This document shows positions 26,201-32,631 of a DNA stretch of 38,551 nucleotides, piece after piece. The translations under genes and the position numbers were made by a program. The notes below the pieces were generated by a model. The model had not been told where the DNA came from, made no database searches, and saw nothing but the letters and a program-made list of their open reading frames with translations. Position 1 is the stretch's first letter. Each line of letters starts with the position of its first letter. This DNA comes from a virus: IMG/VR virus record IMGVR_UViG_3300029110_000001. One strand, 5' to 3'.

Positions 26201-28309
26201 AAGACTGATTTTGACAAACTGTCTAAGAGCGTAGCGGCTAATAGTACCGCAATCACTCAGACTGATAACAAAATTAGTTTGAAAGCAGACCGGACAGAAG
26301 TCCAAACTGCCAAAGCTACGGCTGACAGTGCAGTGTCTAAAGGTCAAGAGCTAGAGCGTAAGATCAACCAGACTAATGCAGAGTTACGTGTTACAGCGGA
26401 TTCTATCGCTCAAAAGGTTTCAAGAGTTGATTTTGACAACCTTGGGAATAAAGTCACTAACGCTGAAACGCAAATCAGCACATTAGCTGGCAAGATTGAG
26501 ACAAAGCTGTCTAGGGTTGACCTAGATAGTGCTATTGATAGCAAAGGCTTTTTGAAAGAGTCTGATGTCAATAGATTGGTTGATAACAAAGGTTTTGCGA
26601 CGGCTACGGCTGTAACAAACCTTATCCAACAGTCTGAGCAAGGGACAACGCAGCTTATTAGCGAGGTCAAGAAGCAGATTCCGTCAATTGACACACTTTC
26701 TGTTGGCGGTGAGAACTTGATCCGTAACTCAGCGTTTCCGGACAACTTGGACGGTTGGGGCTATTGGGTAGCTACGCAACCTAACTCGAATCTATCTATA
26801 TCAAGTCATTCACTCTATTACAACGGTTCTAAGCCGTTGTTTTTGCTTTCAACAACAACAACAACAACAACAACGCCTAGCGCTACGCTGAGATTTCCAG
26901 TGAAGCGAAATACTAACTATTCTCTTAATATTTCAATTTTGGCAGGCGGCAACCTAAAGGGGATGGATATCTATTTCCTTGGGCGCAAGTCAAACGAAAC
27001 CAAAGATTTTAGCAAGGTTGTCAATATCAAACACTTTGACGGTTCGCCATCAACAAGCGGTGTTAAGAAATTTCACTTCACTTTTAACTCCGGAGACTGT
27101 GATGAAGGTTTCATCCGTGTCGATAATACGGGTACGACAAACGGCAGTCAGTCGTTGCTATTCTTCACCGAGCTTGATTGCTATGAGGGAACTATGGACC
27201 GTGCTTGGCAACCGTCTCCAAAAGACGCAAGTCAAGAGGTAACAGTCAAGTTCAACGAAATCAAGTCAACCGTTGACAGTTTCAGCCGTACCATTGGCGA
27301 ACATGGGCAGTCTATTTCTCAGATTATCCAAGATGCCAAGGGTACAGTTTGGAAGGTGGAGAACCTAGAGGATAAGTGGGCGTTTAATCTTGGTGTTACT
27401 AACAAGCAACTAGACAAGCTAGATACTGGCCTTGAAGCTACCAAGTCCGAAATGTCCCAGATTGCTGGTTCATGGGCAGTCAAGAATTTGACAAGGTCTG
27501 GTGATGTGCTTAACCAAATCAACCTTAATAAAGACGGTTCGGTTAAAATCGATGGCAAACTGGTTCAAATCACTGGCTCTACCTACATCGAAGATGGTGT
27601 TATTAGCTCAGCTAAAATCGGTGAACTTTCAGCAAGCAAAATCACTAGCGGACGCTTAAACGCTTCACTCGTTGACGTCGTCAACCTAAACGCCAAGAGT
27701 ATCACTAGCGGTACGTTTACTGGTCTTAATTATCGTGGTGGACGGGTTGAGTCGTTAAATGGTTCAATGTTCTTCGATTTGAATAGCAACTATCTTCAAA
27801 TGGGAGCAGATACTGCTTCAATCAGACGTGTTCAGCCCGGATATCCTGCACAGTTTATCCGCTACGAGACAAGTATCGACCAAGGCAACTATCGTTCAAA
27901 AACCATTATCGGGTCAAACCGTGAAGGGACGGATGCTTATAATGCTACGACGTTTTCTGGCGTTGTCATCCAGAACAACACTAACAACGACATCGATACA
28001 TTGCATCTCTATGGCGATAGAACATATTTTAGACATACGTTTACTAACGATGGATGGGATTTAGACGCGGTAACGCAACGACTTCGTCCGGGCATGATGG
28101 AAAAAGATTCACAGATTTGGTCAGTCCAGTTTGCGACACCAAAAAACGGGAAAGATTTTAGCACCGGAGCTATCAATATCACCGAATCTCTTGCGGCGGT
28201 TTGGCGGATGTTCAAACACTTCGAAGGAAATATCAAAATGCCAACCGAGCTAAAAACACTCATTCAGCACGGTTACAATAACTACGGTATCCACATGCCG
28301 GTGTTGTAA
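23258..28309 (+). CDS. Tail-associated / host-recognition protein (Tal-like N-terminus, coiled-coil repeats, two CBM-like modules), 1683 aa
   Basis: Positioned after Dit. There are 30-aa coiled-coil repeats (R.N.AE..(I/L)TQQA..I..KA.K..(V/L)D) at about 25106-25555 and a second repeat block at about 26100-26530. Two modules open with NLI(L/R)(K/N)SA(D)F motifs. Confidence 0.75.
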   Translation: MIYLFDKDEKLIKIIRKPAIKKALQKFSLTTENYISDRLTVEMKALKDDELAKLEYMAIQSIDDTHKFHYFYIAQGNTKGDITTLIGVQSGIEELRKTVVYDKRPTDQRARPVIEWLLTGTNWSPRFVAETNPKSTNFYYISTFDALKKVCKVWGLEMQFFVEMNGSQIGARYIDFKHKIGEAVGKRVVYGHNALEILQEVEKTNLYTALVGRGKGEQVSSAEDTGKDADGYGRKINFEEVVWSKAKGDPLDKPLGQKYLEIPEMTAKYGIKQPDGKMRPKIGFVEFSEEEDKNELIKQTYDALIESSRPKLTLKTSTVYLKGVQIGDTIRVVRHDRHLDYDTRIFEITFNRLNNESSDIKLGDRVSESNDAKVQSTVNKALDEFKAGEFTEFVKKLPEFIPSANGFNHNWYTSTDPTESHPGQVLINDSWYKPDPEHEGHTIMYRWTGEMWQEVLRTWDGTGLQDKIKKEFEKVAADMAKQQSEHDRVVAEITAKATNAETLASSAKSTAEDAFNRLNDVKSEVIAEARYLDTVERAETEKKIAASKKDALSEAVKLVDNAKSTLNTDLSETEKRVEALKGSIGTLSNDTSVQFAKINNALISVASKQDVDKVSQRVSNAETVLTQQAGQISAKASKEEVNAVSGRLNKAESSLTVQAGQISQKANKQDVDTLTGRVNRAETSITQQADMIASKANKQELDNVNNRVLNAESRITQQANEISQRVKTSDFNNATQRLATTESSITQLGNKITTEISRVDSKIPTDFGSRNLILKSADFENLHRQPGGSGNTTTTTTDGQAFLIKSHSYSSDVYGGISWNMAIPEIKAGETFSLLVPVYIDSGVDIDRGAMIIIKNHKNNDNLVAYNIPTDLKNEWFDVKLIFTAGKDITLGEWPFYITVIRNGYLRIKPPMLVRGTLIPLQHTVAPEDTEAEISTVKTTITQTEQGVSQLSQKQSETDSRMTNAETTVNHLVDEVSSKVSKTDFDKLSKSVAANSTAITQTDNKISLKADRTEVQTAKATADSAVSKGQELERKINQTNAELRVTADSIAQKVSRVDFDNLGNKVTNAETQISTLAGKIETKLSRVDLDSAIDSKGFLKESDVNRLVDNKGFATATAVTNLIQQSEQGTTQLISEVKKQIPSIDTLSVGGENLIRNSAFPDNLDGWGYWVATQPNSNLSISSHSLYYNGSKPLFLLSTTTTTTTTPSATLRFPVKRNTNYSLNISILAGGNLKGMDIYFLGRKSNETKDFSKVVNIKHFDGSPSTSGVKKFHFTFNSGDCDEGFIRVDNTGTTNGSQSLLFFTELDCYEGTMDRAWQPSPKDASQEVTVKFNEIKSTVDSFSRTIGEHGQSISQIIQDAKGTVWKVENLEDKWAFNLGVTNKQLDKLDTGLEATKSEMSQIAGSWAVKNLTRSGDVLNQINLNKDGSVKIDGKLVQITGSTYIEDGVISSAKIGELSASKITSGRLNASLVDVVNLNAKSITSGTFTGLNYRGGRVESLNGSMFFDLNSNYLQMGADTASIRRVQPGYPAQFIRYETSIDQGNYRSKTIIGSNREGTDAYNATTFSGVVIQNNTNNDIDTLHLYGDRTYFRHTFTNDGWDLDAVTQRLRPGMMEKDSQIWSVQFATPKNGKDFSTGAINITESLAAVWRMFKHFEGNIKMPTELKTLIQHGYNNYGIHMPVL
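25631..25645 (+). repeat. (ACT)5 in-frame trinucleotide repeat. With the following ACG it encodes Thr6.
   Basis: Read directly as actactactactact. It is in frame with 23258 and precedes the first CBM-like module. Confidence 0.95.
26852..26872 (+). repeat. (ACA)7 in-frame trinucleotide repeat. With the following ACG it encodes Thr8.
   Basis: Read directly. It is in frame and lies within the N-terminal part of the second CBM-like module. Confidence 0.95.
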
Positions 28310-28320
28310 AAGGAGAATTT

Positions 28321-28548
28321 ATGAACGAACAAATTTACACTTCAATGATTCAAGACATCGCAAGTCAGAACGCTAACTTGACGATTGAGAAAGCTGAGTT
28401 TAAGGCTCGCTTGCAGGCAACAGTTAGCGAACTTGAGCAAGTCAAATCACAACTAGAACACTATCAAAATGTACTAGCGTCTGATTCTGACCTTAACGAC
28501 CTCTTTAACGAGGTAGCACAGAAAGGAGTGGATAATGAACAAATCTAA
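28321..28548 (+). CDS. Small coiled-coil hypothetical protein (75 aa)
   Basis: RBS AAGGAGA upstream, positioned after the tail genes. Confidence 0.6.
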   Translation: MNEQIYTSMIQDIASQNANLTIEKAEFKARLQATVSELEQVKSQLEHYQNVLASDSDLNDLFNEVAQKGVDNEQI

Positions 28549-29134
28549 TTTCAGTGTCACATCAAGCTATCTGACCAACCCGACAACAACAAGGATTGCT
28601 ATCCAGTCCAAAGATGGCTCGACGTGGTTGACTCGTGATGTACCAGGCGACCATACTAACAAGACGGATGAAGCTAAAATCCAGCTTATTCTGGACATCT
28701 TAGCGACTGAGTTGGACCCTGCTGGAGCATTGGCACGCTACCAAGCCAAGTCAGAGGAATCGATTAAAGACCTTGACAGCCGCTTGAATTTAGCTGAGAA
28801 AGTCGCTGAACAAGGCGAGTTAACTCGTAAAATCGCTAACGTGTCCATTCTCAATGCGGTAATGAGTCAGAATATCCAGTATGGCACAATCTACAAGCAA
28901 TACTTGGAATTGTTGCCAGTCGCTAAAAAAGGCGATGCATTTAACGCCGGGGATATCTTCGCTATCGAAGACCCGAACCACGAAGAAGTGGACGGAGAAG
29001 GCAAACTGGTACTTATCCAAGTTAACGGGTCGTTCACTTACGAAAATCAACCATTCACTGGCTTTGCAAAGGGTGGCGAACTTGAAAACAATGGGCTTGC
29101 TACTGCATGGGTATTCAAACCGAAGGAGAATTGA
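28535..29134 (+). CDS. Hypothetical protein (199 aa)
   Basis: A long ORF overlapping both neighbours. No motif recognised. Confidence 0.65.
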   Translation: MNKSNFSVTSSYLTNPTTTRIAIQSKDGSTWLTRDVPGDHTNKTDEAKIQLILDILATELDPAGALARYQAKSEESIKDLDSRLNLAEKVAEQGELTRKIANVSILNAVMSQNIQYGTIYKQYLELLPVAKKGDAFNAGDIFAIEDPNHEEVDGEGKLVLIQVNGSFTYENQPFTGFAKGGELENNGLATAWVFKPKEN

Positions 29135-29565
29135 TGGCACAGAAACCAGACGGTATTTTTGGGGTTTTCGATGTGGTCAGAGACTTCTATGCACACGGTA
29201 TCGATGAGCATCTATGGGTGTTTCTGCTAATGATTATCATTTTTAGCGACATCGTTATCGGTGTGTCGAGGGCTTGGGCCGCTCATGAGTTTTCAAGCTC
29301 TAAATTTCGTAAAGGGCTAGTCAGCCATACCGCCATGATTACATTCGTAGCCATCTTTTACCCGTTCGCAGTATTCATGAATCTAGGCGGTGTCCTAGAT
29401 ACATTTATCTTTGCCATGATTGCCGCTTACGGCTCTAGTATTTTGGCTAGTCTATCAGCACTAGGGGTGGAAATCCCTTATATTGACAAGTATATTAAGA
29501 AAAATATTGATAAAGAGAAGTTTTTTCTTAACTCAGAAGAAAAGGAGAATACAGACAATGATTAA
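29134..29565 (+). CDS. Holin (multi-pass; holin_4_1/TcdE-like by pattern)
   Basis: I prefer ATG 29134, which follows GAAGGAGAA and overlaps the upstream stop. It has three hydrophobic segments, an FSDIVIGVSRAW...SSSKFRKGL motif and a charged C-terminus. Confidence 0.7.
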   Translation: MAQKPDGIFGVFDVVRDFYAHGIDEHLWVFLLMIIIFSDIVIGVSRAWAAHEFSSSKFRKGLVSHTAMITFVAIFYPFAVFMNLGGVLDTFIFAMIAAYGSSILASLSALGVEIPYIDKYIKKNIDKEKFFLNSEEKENTDND

Positions 29566-29788
29566 CTTTAAACTACGCCTACAAAACAAAGCTACTCTTG
29601 TAGCTCTTATCTCAGCAGTTTTCCTTATGTTGCAACAATTCGGGCTTAATATCCCTAGCAATATTCAAGAGGGTGTAAACACTCTCGTTGTGATTCTGGT
29701 AATTTTGGGAATCGTTACAGACCCAACAACTAAGGGTGTCGCTGACAGCGAGCGTGCATTGAACTACCATCAACCTCGTGAGGACTAG
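29558..29788 (+). CDS. Second holin (phi LC3 / LL-H-like small holin)
   Basis: ATG 29558 follows AAGGAGAA. MINFKLRLQNKATLVALISAVFLMLQQFG matches the N-terminal pattern of this holin family, with two TM segments. Confidence 0.7.
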   Translation: MINFKLRLQNKATLVALISAVFLMLQQFGLNIPSNIQEGVNTLVVILVILGIVTDPTTKGVADSERALNYHQPRED

Positions 29789-29791
29789 CTT

Positions 29792-30244
29792 ATGGCTAAA
29801 CTCATGACCTCGATTAACCAAATTGAAGGCGGTGATGTCCTCAAAAGTGGGGACACCACTTCCGTTTTTGGTTTTGAAATTCTAGGGTACGATGGTAAAC
29901 GCATGGAGCTGTCCGGAACCGGTAAGCTGACACTTTCCAATGACGAAACGGTGGCACTCTATCAAGATGTTACTGTTGAGAATGGGGTGTTCTCATTCTC
30001 AATGGGCAATGTAGTAGCTACTGGCACTTACTATCTTGAAATTAAACTGGATGGACATATTTTTCCATCTAATAATTTTAAGGTAAAAGTTAAGAGCTCA
30101 CTAAATGCGGACAGTGCGATCCCATCGGACAAGAGCCCTAAACTAAAACTACTAGCGGACGAATTGCGAGATTCCGGGTTAATTACTGGTGGCAGTGAAA
30201 CTACGGAAGATCTCGTTAATGTCTACAATCTAGCTAAAATTTGA
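29792..30244 (+). CDS. Hypothetical Ig-like/fibre-associated protein (150 aa) ending EDLVNVYNLAKI
   Basis: A beta-rich N-terminal part. Its C-terminal motif is shared with the next ORF. Confidence 0.6.
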   Translation: MAKLMTSINQIEGGDVLKSGDTTSVFGFEILGYDGKRMELSGTGKLTLSNDETVALYQDVTVENGVFSFSMGNVVATGTYYLEIKLDGHIFPSNNFKVKVKSSLNADSAIPSDKSPKLKLLADELRDSGLITGGSETTEDLVNVYNLAKI

Positions 30245-30256
30245 AAGGAAACATAA

Positions 30257-30583
30257 ATGAGTAAATTACATGATTTCGCCCAAGCTGTGGGTGCTGATAT
30301 CAAAGAAATCAAGGCATCGATTGCCAGCAAAGCTGACAAGGGTTCGCAAGGTATTACCGAAGAACGTTTGACGCAAGCTATCACACAAGTTAAGACTGAT
30401 ATCATCGGTAATGCACCGGAAGAGCTCGACACACTCAAGGAAATCGCTGACAAAATCACTGCTGCTGGTGGAAACACCGACAGCGGTATCATCTCGAAAA
30501 TGACTGAATTGGGAACTCGTCTCGATACTATCGAGCAAGAAGACCTTGTGAGTGTTTATAATACTGCTAAAAACACCCTCTAA
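30257..30583 (+). CDS. Small tail-fibre-like coiled-coil protein (108 aa)
   Basis: It contains GNAPEELDTLKEIADKI, the APE.LDTL.E.A motif common in phage tail fibre proteins, and ends EDLVSVYNTAKNTL. Confidence 0.6.
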   Translation: MSKLHDFAQAVGADIKEIKASIASKADKGSQGITEERLTQAITQVKTDIIGNAPEELDTLKEIADKITAAGGNTDSGIISKMTELGTRLDTIEQEDLVSVYNTAKNTL

Positions 30584-30595
30584 GGAGGTTGATTT

Positions 30596-30868
30596 ATGAG
30601 CAATTTAAGCAAGGCCATTGAAGCCATCGGGCATGATATTGGGGAGATTCAAGGCAAACAATCTTCATTCTTGTCTATCAGCCAAGCGTATGGACTATTT
30701 CCAACATATAATAACTTTTTTCTACAGGTTCTAGAACAAAATAAATTTGCGGAAGACCCGCTTGTGACTAAATCTCAATTACCAACAAGCGAAATTGACG
30801 CTTTAAAACAGAAGGTCGAAGAGTTAGAGAGAACTATCTCGGAAATTAAACAAGCTATTCAAAAATAA
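30596..30868 (+). CDS. Small coiled-coil protein (90 aa), with an N-terminus paralogous to 30257-30583
   Basis: MSNLSKAIEAIGHDIGEIQGK compares with MSKLHDFAQAVGADIKEIKAS. RBS AAGGAGG upstream. Confidence 0.6.
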   Translation: MSNLSKAIEAIGHDIGEIQGKQSSFLSISQAYGLFPTYNNFFLQVLEQNKFAEDPLVTKSQLPTSEIDALKQKVEELERTISEIKQAIQK

Positions 30869-30885
30869 TTTGAGAAAGGAGAAAC

Positions 30886-32271
30886 ATGACATCAAAAACA
30901 CAGTTATTAAACACGCTTGAAAGTCTAGTGAATCAACGTGTAACCGTGCCCACTAATCCTTATGGCGGGCAATGTGCAGCTTTGATTGACTACGTTTTAC
31001 AGTATGCAGGTCTATTTAATCTTGATTTCAGCTACATGAATGCGATTGACGGATTAGATCGTGCTGAAAACCTAGGGCTTAAAGTCACACGTTTTAACGG
31101 TGCAAACAATCCACCAGTAGGGAGTGTATGGGTAACTAACTGTCTACCATACCACCAATTCGGACATATCGGTTTTGTGGTCGCAGAGAATCCAGATGGA
31201 ACTGTTACCACTATCGAGCAAAATATTGACGGAAATGGTGATGCCTTGTATAACGGCGGGTGGACTCGCAAGGTTACTAGAAATCTTGATAGTGCTGGTA
31301 ATTTCAGCTATATTGACTGGAGTGCACCAAGTCAGCAAATGGTTGGATGGTTTGAATTACCATTCGATGGCATGACTGAAAATGCCTATTTTATCGACGT
31401 ATCAGCGTATCAACCGGGAGACTTGACTGGTATCTGTCAAGCGTCTGGGACTAATAACACGGTTATTAAAGTTACTGAGGGCGTGGGCTGGGTTAGCTCA
31501 GTAGCTACTCAACAAACTAACACAAGTAATTGTATCGGTTACTATCACTTTGCTCGTTTTGGTGGAGATGTTGCAACGGCGCAAGCTGAAGCGAATTACT
31601 TTATCAGTAACTTGCCATCGCATCCACGCTATTTAGTGTGCGACTATGAAGACGGGGCTAGTGGTGATAAACAAGCGAACACTAATGCAGTTCTAGCATT
31701 CATGGATATCTGTAAGGCGAATGGCTTTGAGCCTATCTATTACAGTTACAAGCCATATACATTGGCTAACGTGTATGTAGATCAGATCACTGCACGCTAC
31801 CCTAGCAGCTTATGGATTGCAGCGTACCCAGATTACGAGGTACGCCCAGAGCCTTATTGGGGTGTGTATCCAAACATGGAACACACACGCTGGTGGCAGT
31901 TTACATCGACTGGCCTAGCTGGTGGATTGGATAAGAATGTAGTCATTATCAACGATGGCGACAGTTTAGTAAATAAGAAAGAGGAAGAAGATATTATGAA
32001 TTTTGTAGTACGAAGCGAAAGCGGTAAAGAAGGCTGGGTGGCAGTTGTTAACGGGCGTGTATTTGGTATTGGCTCAATGGGTACAGTGGACGCTCTCGAA
32101 GCGACTGGAGCTAAACGTTTGCAATTGGATGATGCAGACTTTGAGCGTTTCCTATACAGTCAATCAAACGACGCCGAAGCGGTTTCTAAAGCAATCAATG
32201 AAGCTAGTGCTTCAGTAGTCAAGGCTATTGAAGAACGTGCACAAGCCACACAAGGCCAAACTGGAAAATAG
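30886..32271 (+). CDS. Endolysin: N-terminal CHAP amidase/peptidase, central GH25 muramidase and a C-terminal ~90-aa domain
   Basis: CHAP motifs (GGQCAALIDYV ... FGHIGFVV ... TIEQN). GH25 motifs (FIDVSAYQ ... VIKVTEG ... YYHFARF ... CDYED). Confidence 0.88.
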   Translation: MTSKTQLLNTLESLVNQRVTVPTNPYGGQCAALIDYVLQYAGLFNLDFSYMNAIDGLDRAENLGLKVTRFNGANNPPVGSVWVTNCLPYHQFGHIGFVVAENPDGTVTTIEQNIDGNGDALYNGGWTRKVTRNLDSAGNFSYIDWSAPSQQMVGWFELPFDGMTENAYFIDVSAYQPGDLTGICQASGTNNTVIKVTEGVGWVSSVATQQTNTSNCIGYYHFARFGGDVATAQAEANYFISNLPSHPRYLVCDYEDGASGDKQANTNAVLAFMDICKANGFEPIYYSYKPYTLANVYVDQITARYPSSLWIAAYPDYEVRPEPYWGVYPNMEHTRWWQFTSTGLAGGLDKNVVIINDGDSLVNKKEEEDIMNFVVRSESGKEGWVAVVNGRVFGIGSMGTVDALEATGAKRLQLDDADFERFLYSQSNDAEAVSKAINEASASVVKAIEERAQATQGQTGK

Positions 32272-32350
32272 ACCACGCAAACTAAAAAACGAAAAGGAGT
32301 ATATCACCTCCCGACAGACCACAGTTCGGACATCATGGTGGTAGTGGTCG

Positions 32351-32379
32351 AGCCTCAGCATTGTGCTGGGGCTTTTTTT
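32351..32379 (+). terminator. Intrinsic terminator of the late operon
   Basis: agcctcagc (32351-32359) pairs with gctggggct (32365-32373): 9 bp including 1 G-U, then a T-run to 32379. Confidence 0.8.
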
Positions 32380-32389
32380 GTGTTATAAT
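32361..32389 (+). promoter_or_regulatory. Candidate extended -10 promoter: TTGTGC, a 17-nt spacer ending TGt, then TATAAT
   Basis: TGtTATAAT at 32381-32389 is a perfect extended -10. A -35-like TTGTGC lies at 32361-32366, inside the terminator. Confidence 0.4.
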
Positions 32390-32425
32390 GATATTGGTTT
32401 TGAGAATAGCCTTCATAGGTAGACG

Positions 32426-32449
32426 CCGCCCTTTTATGGGCGGTTTTTT
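32426..32449 (+). terminator. Second intrinsic terminator
   Basis: ccgccc (32426-32431) pairs with gggcgg (32438-32443), with loop ttttat, then T6 (32444-32449). Confidence 0.75.
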
Positions 32450-32580
32450 ATTTTGTGCATAGCATTAGACATTTAATCTAAATAAAGGTACACTATACAT
32501 GTACTTTAGGCGATTACGCGCTGAATGTTTTTGTTTTTCATGTCACTTGGTAGCGTGGGCTGCCAAGTCTTTTTTTATGC

Positions 32581-32610
32581 TCAATCAAGAATTTTAGTGT
32601 CCTTGATTGA
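32581..32610. other. Candidate attP core: perfect 9-bp inverted arms tcaatcaag / cttgattga around a 12-bp spacer, 22 nt from the integrase stop
   Basis: Read directly. No U-tract follows it on either strand, so it is not a terminator. Serine-integrase attP sites are short imperfect dyads next to int. Confidence 0.35.
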
Positions 32611-32631
32611 AATAAATGTCACTAAAACTCT

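Noticed and set aside
25631-26872. The (ACT)5 and (ACA)7 tracts acting as on/off phase-variation switches
   Set aside because: Both are trinucleotide repeats in frame, so slippage changes the poly-Thr length but cannot shift the reading frame.
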